DNA of 63,789 nt, the filler included, from Platydemus manokwari (Eukaryota), in assembly GCA_037951405.1 (NCBI GenBank). It is 6 parts of 6 records of this genome, joined end to end, with 100 filler letters (N's around TTAATTAATTAA, not from the genome) between each part and the next. Parts side by side here need not be neighbours in the genome. Positions count along the whole stretch, not along the records: positions 31,928 to 43,979 come from JBBMOY010326669.1; positions 44,080 to 52,823 come from JBBMOY011337317.1; positions 52,924 to 63,789 come from JBBMOY011099774.1; 3 more parts are not named here. One strand, written 5' to 3'. The position numbers and the translations under genes were made by a program. The notes beneath the pieces were generated by a model. It searched no databases and had not been told where the DNA came from. It was given only the letters and a program-made list of their open reading frames with translations. Below are positions 38,201 through 57,460 of the stretch, piece by piece. How positions within the stretch are numbered: position 1 is the stretch's first letter; every line of letters starts with the position of its first letter.

Positions 38201-41200
38201 TTATGATTCTTTTTTTAATAAGCAAATGGCCCACTATAAATAGATTTCTGTAATTCCCAGTCATTTGAAATATCCCTTTCGTGGATAAAGAAGAAAATAA
38301 TTAATCATTAAGAATGTTTCACAGATAATGTTTCTCACAATTTCATAGGTGATGTATGGAGGTCGAGCAATCGATGCTTATGACAGACGAATTCTTAAAA
38401 CATACATGAATGAATATTTTGGAGATTTTCTATTTGATGAATTCCAGTTATTTCATTTTTATGAAGACGATTATGTTGAATATTACATTCCCGATGAACC
38501 AGAAGAATGTAGTTCATTAAAAGAAATATATACTGGTTAAATCTGATTTTGATGATATTTATATTATTCTCGTGTATTATTTTCAAATAGAATATATAAA
38601 ATCATTACCTCATGATCAAACTCCGAGAGTTTTTGGATTGCACGAAAATGCTTTGATTGGATATTCGACAAATTTTACAAAAGAATTATGGCAGAATATG
38701 ATAGAATTACAACCTCAAACCGAAGATGATTCATCAGATAATGGAGAGGTTGGTTCTAAAGATAAGGTTGTTAGTGAAATTGTTGATGGAATTCTGAAAA
38801 AATTACCAAATTTATATGATACAATAAAAATAAAGAAAAATCTTTTAATTGGATCAATGGAGATCAGTCCCACTGCTGTTGTTTTATTACAAGAATTAGA
38901 CAGGTTGATTGTGATAATTTATGATGCCGTAATTAAATTAAAATCTTAGATTCAATTTATTATTAAGAAAAATGTTTTCATCTTTGAACATACTTAAAAA
39001 GGCTCTTGTTGGAGAGGCAGGTATGTCCAATGAATTAGATGATATCAGTCGATCTTTGGCAAATGGTCAATTACCGTATTCCTGGAGAATTTTAGCTCCT
39101 GAAACAATGAAAATGTTAGGAAGTTGGTTAGAGCATCTACAACGAAGAAGAAAACAATATGATGATTGGGTATCTTGATATTATTTTCTTTTTTTAATGA
39201 TAAAAGGGTACTATTTAAAGGATATTATAAGCATAATATAAAGTAAAATATAATGTTAACACTTTGTTTAAGTGGCCAGAAATGTGCTATTTCTGCAGAT
39301 TTGATTTTTTGCAATTATCGGTGAATGGAACAGTACTTAAAATAATTGGAAAAAAGTGGCTTCAAGAATGTCTATTAAATATTTGTGAGTCTAACAGTTG
39401 GTTAAATAGTTTTAAATCAACACATAAGTTGTTGTTCAAAAACATCTGTGGTGAAACCAAATCAGCAAACAAATCCGGTTTAGATGAATTTTACTCTGTA
39501 TGTAATGAATGTGTTTTAGAATATGGGCAACGTAACACATTTCATTGTGATGAAGCGACGTTATTTATAAAAAATATTCCATCTGAATCTTTTGTTGAGA
39601 AAAGTGACAGCTGCAATGGAGCTAAAAAATCTAAGAAAAAATTACTTTAATTTTGTGTTGTAGTTTAGAAGGCGAAAAGCTAGAACCACGTATTATTGTA
39701 AAACATAGAAATCCCCGATGTATGAAAAACTTCAATCAAGATTTCAGAGTTTTATATTTTTCTTCAAAAAATGCGTAGATGACAACAGAAATATGGCTGA
39801 CATTGTTAAGGATGAAGTTGAAGAAAATATCAATGAAGTAATAGAAAAAACAATTGAAAATCTTGATAGGATTGAAAACATTCAATTTTACGATAATAAA
39901 GAGATTTTAAACGTTGTTGAAAGTTCAGATGTTTAAAAACAAACAGAAAAATTAGAGAAAAATATTAGAATATTTACTTCAGATTCTTTAAAAGAATTTT
40001 ATGTATTCAGCAAATCCTTTGAATGATATTGGAAAAGCTCATGAAATCAAAATTACCGATTTTTTGATTAAAATATAAATGGCTTTATCATGAAACTTAT
40101 TTTATACCTTATTTAATGTTTACCCTTGGGTTCTGGGGCACTTCGTCAAAAATGTAGATTGTAGTAATACTTGTCTTATCAAATAATTGTAAAAATTTAG
40201 AGTATCTCTCAGTTTGCTTCTAATGTTAAAAAGTGGGTCCTTGGTAATTTTCAATAAATTTCAATTTGACCTAATATGATCCCTTTTTCAAATAACCAAA
40301 TTTTCGGAGACTTTGACTCTTTAATATTTTATTTCAAACATCCAAAATTCTTGTGAAGTACTTAAATAAAAAATTCAAGATATTTTTAAAGAATATAATT
40401 AAATAAACTATATAAATTTTTACAAATTAAAAATTTTATTTATTACTGGATTAAACTTTATTAATTATAGATCATCATGATTATCAATAACGTTTAGATT
40501 TTCAAATTTTAGTTTTAAAAAATATGTGTAGTAGTAGTATATGCAGTTTCATTACATGGAGCTTGTTTTTAGTTTTTTTCATTTTTCTCGATAATTCATC
40601 CTTTTGAATTATAAATCATAAACCATGTTAGCATGTCAGAGAATACAGTTTGATTCTTTTTCATGTGAGAAATGTTATAAAATGCTATCATTTCAATTTG
40701 TACGATTTTGGTTTTACTTCATATATGCTTTAATTTGTTTTTTAATGGTTGGTTAAATTTTGATATCATTGAACGTAAGTTATGCAATATATAATAATTA
40801 TAATAGTTATGATTCAAATTGCCTTACAAAGTAAATTAATAAGGTTTTTTTTTAATAAAAATACAATAATACAATTTTTAAATTCATTTTTGTAACTTTT
40901 CATACAAGGGCATGTTGCGTTTCTTTTTTGATACTCCATCAGTTTTTGTGATTTTTTGTTATTTCTTTTTTAAGTATAAATTTTAGGTGGATGCTGGAAA
41001 AATTGATTTACCGCTTATGTGGCTATCCGGCCTACATCTTCCTGAATCTTATTTAACTGCATTAATTCAAAAAGCATGTAGACGGAATAAATGGGCTTTA
41101 GATGGATGTACATTAGCCACCTATGTAACGAAAATAGATTCTAATAATACTGATAACGTGACATTAACGCCTGAATTTGGATGTTATGCGATCGGTTTTT

Positions 41201-41551
41201 ATCTTGAAGGTTGCGGTTGGGATATGGAGGTCGAGCTTTACTATTTTATGATAGGATTTTTTTTTAAAAAATTAAAAATTTATTTTGATTATTTTACTTA
41301 TTTAGAATGGATGCATTATGCAGCAAAATTCTCGTCAGTTGATACAAGCTATGCCCGTTATCCAACTACACCCGATTGAATCTCACAAATATAAGACTAC
41401 CAATACCATAAAGGTTCCTGTTTATGTCACATCACAACGCCGTAATGCCATGGGAATAGGCTTGGTTACAGAACTTGATTTGAGCACTAATGAACACATT
41501 AGTCACTGGGTTCTTCAAGGTATTGCATTAACCTTGAATTCCGATGATTGA
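32210..41551 (+). CDS. DNAH10: Axonemal inner-arm dynein heavy chain (DNAH10 / I1-alpha type), 3' part only. Exons: 32210-32319, 32361-32451, 33399-33534, 33648-33891, 35915-36318, 36454-36710, 36759-37094, 37140-37340, 37383-37688, 38349-38535, 38591-38903, 38950-39169, 40987-41229, 41306-41551
   Basis: All 13 introns are GT-AG and in phase. Diagnostic segments include [94 protein letters not shown] and the C-terminus [15 protein letters not shown], which closely follow DNAH10 as I recall it. Confidence 0.93.
33972..34264. mobile_element. hAT (Charlie/Buster-like) MITE in a dynein intron
   Basis: Ends CAGCGTTCTTTA ... TGAAGAGCACTG (reverse complement CAGTGCTCTTCA). The 8-bp flanks ATTTAGAG / GTTCAGAC resemble a decayed NTCTAGAN-type TSD. 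Confidence 0.55.
39264..40080 (+). mobile_element. pogo/Tigger (CENP-B HTH + DDE_1) transposase relic in a dynein intron
   Basis: [39 protein letters not shown] and [11 protein letters not shown], then after a frameshift [22 protein letters not shown]. These are characteristic Tigger motifs; the element is interrupted and internally deleted. Confidence 0.88.
40120..40435 (+). repeat. Dispersed repeat, copy 2 of 3
   Basis: Similar to 2290-2640 and 48790-49125. Confidence 0.7.
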
Positions 41552-43979
41552 TTTTGATCATCTACTTGTTTGTTTTATGATTAAATACTTTGTCGTTTAC
41601 TTGATCAACGAAAGTGTTCATATTAGCGGACAATCTTTAAGTCTATTAAGTGGATGGACTTAAGATTCGCAGATAAAAGACTTTAAATGATTTAAGTTTT
41701 ATAATTTTAAACCTACAATTAAATCTTTAAAATTCTGGTAAAATATTGATTGGCTTCAATCTCACCAGTAATAATTATTCAACCTTGGTAGTCACTTGAA
41801 CTATTTTTTGCTGACTTTAATATAAACTTTAACGTAGTATTAAAACCATATATATTGAATGCAATGAAGTTTAAAAATTCTTTTGTTTGATAGTCTGCGT
41901 GATTTATTGTGTTTATTTGTTCAGATAACCGCATAGGTACTATAAACAAGTTTTTTTAAGTTCATATTTACCATTCAGTATGTAGTAAGTTGGCTAATAA
42001 TGATTATTTTTCGTTTTAAGAACAATTCAATTTCGCTTACAATTTATTCAAATAATGATAAAGATATCTGTGAAAACCACTAAGAAGACAATATCATCAA
42101 AGCAATATGTTTTAGAAATCATAGATTAATTCATTAAAGGTGTCCTTTTAGCTTATGTAGATGAAGTGTTAACAGTGGCCTTTTTCAGAACTAAATAAAT
42201 ATCAATATTTAGCTACAGGAAAGATAGACAAATAATTAATTAACTATTGATACCAAACAGAAATAATTGAGTTAAGGTTTGATCCTCAACAAAAAATTTT
42301 TTCTGTGCCATGTTATCACTATCGGTAGGTTTGTTGGATAAAATACTTCAATATTGATATCAGATATCATGTTTATGATTAATGCGATTTTCAAGAATCT
42401 TACAAAAATCTTTTCCTGAGAAAATTGGAAAAGTATTAAGTAAATAATTACAAGACAATAATTATGTTTTAAGTTCAAACGACGATGAAAAAGATTATCT
42501 GGGAATCATGAAATAGTTTACATGTTGAAAGGAAATTCAAAAAAATTATCATAAACATAACGAAAATACCAATGAAACAAAAGTGTTTAATTATAAATCA
42601 GTGTGTTTTAATTAAGAAAAACAACTAAACAGTAATTATATTAACGGTAAGACAATCATATAAGAAATTTAGATTAGTAAGTTTTAGACTGAAAAACAGA
42701 AATAAAACATAAAGAAGATATCTTGTGTATGAAAGAGTTTATAACTAGAATCGCTTAGAGATGATTGTATAATATAATTGAACAACATTATTATATCACA
42801 TATGGTATAATTATATTATGATTATTTTTGTATGAATGTTATGGCAGTGGTATAACGTATTGTTTGACATATTGAATATTGGATCAGGAAAACTACTCAT
42901 AAAATTGATGTATTACTTTGTACTACACATTTTAAATGCATTGTGTGTATTGATTCAACGTGTTTGGCATATTTTACTATTAAATGATGAAAGTTTACAA
43001 AAATATGAAAAGAATAATACTATGATGTACTATTAATGTACTATTTTGTCATAATAAATAGGAAAATAAAAATAAAAGACATCAGTATATTAAAATTTAT
43101 ATATGCTAAGCATTATAGTCACAATTATTATTATTACAAAATTCCATTCGTTAAGCATTCATTATTTGTGCATTATTATTTATTAAAATCCATCCAAGTT
43201 TTATTTGTTGAATTAAAATTCATAGACATTAGTATGGATGATGTTACAGTATTCATTTAAATGAATCTCAATAAATTTTTATTCATTTACTTCTGGTAAT
43301 ACACTTTACCGATAGGTATTCCACTTTACAATTGTTTAACATGGGGAAATTATATTTTACACCAGTAACCTAATTTAAAACTCATAACATTTGAACCTAT
43401 TTTACTGAAACCATCACAACTGATGAAATTTACACCGTTAGTCAATTATCCGGATAAAACGATATTGTTCAAAGTACAATCTTTAAGATGAACTTCGTAA
43501 TAAACGATAATGGTTCGTTTTTAATTTAAGTAGCTCAAGAACAGTTCTTCGGTTTAAAATTATAATTTATTTAAGAATTTGTAGAAAACAAACGAGGTTT
43601 GCTAAACTCGATTATCAGCCGAAATATTCGTGAAATTATGTGACAGTGCTTTTTGTTCTGATCACGTTTCTTTTACAATTAATAAATCGATTCGATAACT
43701 AGTTCAAAAGACAGAATTGCCAATTGGAATAATAAATAATAAGCTTGATAACAGAATGATTAATATTTCACACAGACCAACTATTTTTATAACCATCGCA
43801 CAAATGAAATCTTTAGAATTAATTATATGAATTTTAAGGGTTATTTTATTTTGGTCTCGTTTCTTTTACACTATTTTCTAATTAGTTATTTTCTTTGTTT
43901 TATTTTTTATCCTATTATTAGTATTTATTATTATCATTTTATTCCATTATTCGTATGGTTACTATATTTAGTAACTAAT

Positions 43980-44079
43980 NNNNNNNNNNNNNNNNNNNNN
44001 NNNNNNNNNNNNNNNNNNNNNNNTTAATTAATTAANNNNNNNNNNNNNNNNNNNNNNNNNNNNNNNNNNNNNNNNNNNN
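43980..44079. other. Assembly spacer
   Basis: 44N-TTAATTAATTAA-44N. Confidence 0.97.
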
Positions 44080-44857
44080 ATGATAATGAAAGGTTTTAGA
44101 TGATATAATTTGGTATTGCAACTCCATAGAACTTGAAATATTAAATTGTTGACAAAAATATGATAAAAAATAATTATAATAAAGAAGGCATATGTTAATA
44201 TTAAATGTAGATTATTACCAATCTTTACAAGGGAACAAAACCCAGAAATGAGTAAAAATGCAAAGATAAATATGGTTGGTGTTAAATTTACGATTATAAC
44301 CACTCATCGATCAATTATTCCCGATGCTCCATCGTTATGAAATTCAGAATATATATAACAAAATAGAAAGATAACTCCAAAATTCAAAACGAAAATAATT
44401 CGAGATAAAATTAAATCGTGAATACATTGAGCCCATTTATTGTGATGCACCAGCTTAATTATTTTTCAACCCGATGCAGCCACATTTAACCATAGTTATT
44501 AACATCATTTAATTAAAACTCCATCTCATTATTGTGAATAATTGTCACCATAAATTAATTTATCGAATTTCAAATCGTATAAAAAGAAAAGTTGAAAAAT
44601 CTTGTTAATAGAATAATATCATCATTAATAAGAAATTAATCGACGAGACAGCTTTGAATAAATAATATCAAGTTATTTATCTAAATATTCAGACATGGAA
44701 TTCGTGTTATTTTTGTTTGTTAAAATTTCATTTACTTCTTTTCATGTAAGAATAAAATCCCGAATTCACATTCCTGTCATATAAAAATGAATCAATACTT
44801 TATATTTTCCCGTTTAGTAACAAAAATATATTAATTATATTAATTACAAATTAATTA

Positions 44858-51690
<6,833 letters not shown>

Positions 51691-52021
51691 TTATCCCATT
51701 TGTGTGAGTCAAATGAGCAAATGGTGATTGTTTGTATCAATAATCAATTTATCGATTTAATTATTTAATAGCTTAAAAAATCACGAACGTGCTTATGTTT
51801 AACATAAATATCCCAACGCGTAACGTAGTTTTATGAAATTAATACTCGGAGATTTGACTTTCGATGATATTGTCAAGAAAATCACTTTGGTAGTAATTTA
51901 TCAGGAAAATTGAAATTTTACTTAATTGATTACTTTATTTAGAGAATTCACAGAAATCGAAAAATATTAATTATATACATATTCAAATCATTGACGATAA
52001 ATAATTTAAACTTTTAGCTAT

Positions 52022-52187
52022 TGTGAGCATTTAAAATTGAATTAAAAATGTTAAAACTCTAGTTCTTCTATCTGTTTATCTACATTCTCTTTATATCTTT
52101 ATATATTCTCTATATAGTCTCAACATCTTTGTTCTTCATTTCCATAAAATTCAGTCGTTGATCTTCTCTTAATAGAATCCTGATGCT
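52022..52187. mobile_element. Rearranged second copy of the TRIM family
   Basis: tgtgagcatttaaaattgaa is the LTR start in + orientation. It is followed by internal sequence matching 12130-12288 (aaaactct.gttcttct...ccataa..ttcagtc.ttgatcttct...gaatcc.gatgc). Confidence 0.7.
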
Positions 52188-52305
52188 ATTTTAAAAACCA
52201 CATATTAAAAGTGATCTGAAAAGTCACGACACCAAATTATATTTAAATACTTATTAAACATTTATTTTGGTGTCGTGACTTTTTAGTTCGATTTTTAAAA
52301 AATAG
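52186..52305. repeat. Foldback / MITE-like hairpin
   Basis: Perfect 18-bp inverted repeat aaaagtcacgacaccaaa (52219-52236) / tttggtgtcgtgactttt (52266-52283), with outer arms ctattttaaaaa / tttttaaaaaatag. Confidence 0.75.
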
Positions 52306-52823
52306 TACATTCTATATTACACCATCTCCCAAATCTCAATATTTTCCAAATAATTCATCCATTGTATCTGATTAAAAATTGATTATATAAAAGAATCAAC
52401 ATAAAAAATAATCGATATTAATATGAAAAATAATTTCTTATTCATAAATAAATTATCCAAATAAGCTTGAAAAATTCTTGTAAATCAAGATCTACAATAA
52501 TCAGAAAGGTAATGCCACCAATAACAAATCAAACATAAATAATGTTTGACAAAACCAATTTTTGCAATCAAATTCTGAGCTGAAAGCGATAAATATTTTA
52601 CTGACAGCAAAAAATTGAAAATAATTATTAAAAGAAAATTATTATTTGTTTAGAAACTTTAACTGGTGAAATTAAATATTTTCTTTCTCAACATCACTAA
52701 ATGAAATCACAATTTATGAGAAATTATTTTTGAAGAACGACAAGAATAATTAACGTAATTGAGCGCCATTGATATTGCAATAAATTTCATTTTTTTTTAA
52801 TAAAATTTTAGAAAAATAATAAA

Positions 52824-52923
52824 NNNNNNNNNNNNNNNNNNNNNNNNNNNNNNNNNNNNNNNNNNNNTTAATTAATTAANNNNNNNNNNNNNNNNNNNNN
52901 NNNNNNNNNNNNNNNNNNNNNNN
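52824..52923. other. Assembly spacer
   Basis: 44N-TTAATTAATTAA-44N. Confidence 0.97.
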
Positions 52924-53032
52924 CACTCACGGTTGTATTATAACTAAAGACAACACAATGGGTTATCAAGTTTTATTGAAATAAATTGATTACTACAAGT
53001 AATTTTAGCGGGTACAAAAATGAGTAAATGTC

Positions 53033-53080
53033 CCGTACCTCGCCTCAGCGACTAACAGGAATCCGGTATCGGATAGAAGA
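53033..53080 (+). repeat. GC-rich ~47-bp repeat, copy 1 (copy 2 at 57413-57460)
   Basis: cgtacctcgcctcagcga(c/t)taaca(g/a)gaa(a)tccggtatcggat(a/g)gaag. Confidence 0.85.
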
Positions 53081-56000
53081 GAAAAAACACAGAAGCTGAT
53101 TTTAAAAGTGATTATTATGTTAATTGTTAAGATCAGGTGTTATTTAGGTTAATTAATGAAGTTGATAACTCTAAAAACGTGCTTTAAAACATATTTTAAG
53201 AAAAAATTAAAAACTAAATATTTATGATAAATTAAAGTATATTAGATGGTTTTGTTAGTCGTTCTTAGCTTTAAAAATCAATTATTATTAGTCATTATCT
53301 ACAAATTTCAAAAGTGAGCAATAATAATTAGTTTTGGTTAGATCATTATTAATGATTTGTTCCATAATCCAAGTAAAAGTCTTTAATTACTAATATGAAG
53401 ACTAATAGTTAGGTTAAGGAGTGAAATAAAATTTCTAAGTTAACAATGGCTGCTCATTGAGTTCTGCGAGGCGCTATTAATCATTATTAGATTATATCTT
53501 TAGTGTTTGTTAGAAAGTTAACGGTGAGCAGTTCTGATTAATGATTTATTAGTGATAATAAAAACTCTTTAATTAGCGAAATGTTTTGTTATCGAACGTC
53601 TATACCCTTTCTTTAGCGACATATATTATGTTACATTTTTACTTGAAATTAAAATACATTTTTAGGCAATTGCTAGCTTACTCTGTTTTGGTCATTATTG
53701 TCTTTTGATTTAGAAGTTGTTTTTTGTTTATGAATCATCAAATTTATAAGTCCTGATACCTTTCAAATACTCTTAATATAGAAGAATCTCATCTAAAATA
53801 ATGACTCTATCTACATAATAAAACAGACATTATACATGAACGATGAGAATCACTATAGAACGACGATTTCAATTTGGTAAAATGTATGGCTATATAATGA
53901 CACATTCACATTGATTGACCAATCCTAGTTGTCATAAATCAATAACAATCAGTTTGAATATTTAAAATCAAAAAAGCACACGTAACGTACACAAGCTTTT
54001 AACTCTACAGCTTGGATTATTGCCGGTTGAAGCCGATGAAAGCGCAGTGTTCTTTCTTATTTAATATTTGTAAAATTTTTAGTAGTGGGTGTATTGATCA
54101 GTTATCGTCAACTTTTTATTTGATATTCAATATAAGTAATGGATTTTGATCAACAGATTATCCAAGTTATTCATATAATTCTGTCACAAATATTAGAAAA
54201 ACTTTAAATTTTTAAATATTAATAAGAATATATTAAAAAGATTTTAATAAGAAAAATAGAAAATGAGACCATGAATCCTGAAATATTTTGATTAAGAGTA
54301 AATTTAATGTGGCTTAGAATTATTGTTTATTGTTAGAATCGATTCGTGCTATATGGTTATAATGTTTAGATTACAAATACTTTATTATAATATGTCGAAT
54401 GCTGTTGGTTGATAATTCTCAGTAAATATCTTATTCCTAACTGAAAATTAGGTCCCATGTAGTTTTTTTATTATGAATATAATAAATATTTATATAATGT
54501 CAGGTCTATGTTTACAATCAAAATACAACGGTTACTATGATCTGAATTTGAAACGTTGAATTACTTTCATAATTATCCACCACACGTGTGTCTACTTCAC
54601 AGGACTTTGAACATTTTGTAACTGTTGAACAAAGGATTTGATGACGAATAGAATAATTAACATTGTATTAATTATATCTTATATGCGATTAATGCAACTT
54701 GAATTGATTACTTAGTTGGTTTTTCAGATAACTAATGTATATTGAAAAATTGGTGATTGTAATTGACTAACTCTTTTGATTAAAATTTATTTTCTGTGTA
54801 TTAAAAATCATTTTTGTTTTCAATCACTTAAATGTAAAATTATATTTTACTTTTATCAATAAATCAAAATCTACTCTCAAATACAACTAATGTTACAGAG
54901 CTTCTTAGATTCTAACCCCACGAATCAAAGAAATATCACAGTAGAATGGGGATCATTGGCAAAAATATAAAAGAACAAAATATTTAGTCACCAAAAAGAC
55001 AAGTGATGAGAGACAATAGCCAACTTAATATATAGTCTATTTGATAATTGATGTATTGTGTTGATTTTCATTTGTTGTAGTAGGTTAGACCTTATTTAAA
55101 AAATTTGATTGGCAATTTTTCTTCTTTCTTCGATATCAATGGGTTTTAGGAACTTTTGTTCCTTTTTATCCGTATGAATCGGTCTTGAATGATGGCCATT
55201 GATTTGAGAGAATAATTTTTAGTTTTAACCAAGATTTTCTTGAATCTTATTATCTCAAATTCAACATAATCTTATCTCTTATAATCGTAATTGATTAACA
55301 CCTATTCGCTTCCAATTTTGCTTTATAAAATAAATTAACTTGTTATAATTGTTTATTTTTGTAATATAAAGTATTTTTTTATGTAATTATGTTTTCTAAT
55401 GTAAATTATAATTTATCTACAACTATTCTAAAACTGAGACTTTGAACCAAGATTCAAAGTTATTATGTAGGTGGACTATGTAGATTCGCACTGCATTAGT
55501 AAATAACTAATTCTGGTTATAAAGCTATATTTAATATGACACTTCACAAAAAATTTCTCACAGATTATAAAATTGACGCAGTTGATTGTCCTTATAAACT
55601 CGGACACAGTCCCAAACTTCTTGAAAATACCAACACAGAGACTACTTCTGACTGCTATCACAAATTATACCCTTATCAGATGCGATATTAGTGCACTACT
55701 AGTTTGAATTTACTGAAGCTTTGCAGTTGATGCAATGACACTTGTCACAAAGCTGAATAATCTAAGTAAAACCATAATTCTTACCAGTTATATCGGCTGA
55801 TTGAATATTGATTTAAAAAATAATCTCAGCTCTTTAAATACTAAATTTTAACCACGCATCTCAATTTTGTGATTCCTTTCAGCTATGTTTTTATTTAACC
55901 ACGGGACATACTATTTATGAGGTCGATTTTCCTGTTTCTCGATCTTGGATTTTTTCATTTTAAATTTATTATTTTTATTGATTTTTGTTTAATTTATGTA

Positions 56001-57412
56001 TTTTGTCTGAATATTATCATTTGTTTTACTCTACTTTTACTGCTTATTTTTTTGGCATATTCTCGGCCCCTACAAAATTTTGAGATTTTATAATTTTAAA
56101 ATATTTAAAATTGAATAAATAAATATGCAAGACTTTTATTCATCAAAATCACCAACACATTTGGTGTTAAAATCATAGTTTTTCGTCACTCTTCTTGATA
56201 GTTCTTTTACAGACAGCCTGCGCATTTCAATTGGAAGATGATTTATCCTTTTTGAAATAGTTGATATTCTTAATGATCTCGTCTAAATTTATATCAGAGT
56301 GATATCTCCCTTCTTTTCTCATTATTCTGGTGAAAATTTCTTTTTTGTAGAAGCGTTGGTGAAGAGGAGGTTATGTTATTCACTAATATTAAAAATCTAT
56401 TTCCTAGTATTTCTCGATTGAGTCTTGCTTTTCAAGTATCATTCCAAAAGTTAGGAATTTCACATGAATAGGATTCTAAACCCTTTCAATACCCTTCTAA
56501 ATATGTACTGGTTTCAAATAAACCTAAACAATAGCATAACACACAATCATGTTAACAATTTTCAAGTTTATCGATGAAATTTCAAATTAGAGAGAAAATG
56601 AATATTTGTTGAAAATTTCCCCTCACCTTGTTTGTATGTAGTCTTTATTATTATCAATATTATTATCAAAATAATTTTTATTTTTGAATATTATTATCAT
56701 TACACTTTTAAAAATTCTTGGAAATAAATTCTCAGAAAAAAATTCTTGAAAAATAATCCTTAGAAAAATGGATAGAATTTAATCGGGTTTTAAAAATATA
56801 ATTTTTCTATCCACAAATTTAGGTATAAATACATCCATTAATTTATAAAATTATTTTATATTATTTTACAGATTCAATTAGTTTTTTTAATATTGTGTTT
56901 AATTTATTCTAATTTTTTATTTCATTTTATAATATTTTGTTAAAATTCATTTTTGAACTACTGTGATGGTGTTGAGTCATTTGTTGGTTTCTTGTGTTAT
57001 ATAATTAGGGTTAAAGTAATGAAATTAACGATTAATCAGATAATTTCATAATAGGGTTAATGAAAATAGGTGAGATCTAATAAGTTATTTATATAGAAGG
57101 AAAGATGATTAAAAAGTTTACATACTGTTAATGCTTACAACTCGATACAATGACTATAATGCCGGATTAAATGTAAATGAAATGGTGGCTACAAGACCGA
57201 TAAAATATAAATAAAATGTCAGTTGATTGTCTGCTACTTCCGTTTCTCCTCTTCGTTTTTCCGAGCAGTTTCGAGATTTGCATTTTGGTAGGTTTCAAGA
57301 TGTTGATTACCTATTAGATTGATGTAGAAAATACCGATTGCGTAGTATCTGGATCCTTCTATTCGTATGATCTCTGGTGTAAAAATAAACAACAAAATTC
57401 GAGCAAATACCT

Positions 57413-57460
57413 CGTACCTCGCCTCAGCGATTAACAAGAAATCCGGTATCGGATGGAAGG
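57413..57460 (+). repeat. GC-rich ~47-bp repeat, copy 2
   Basis: Near-identical to 53033-53080. Confidence 0.85.
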
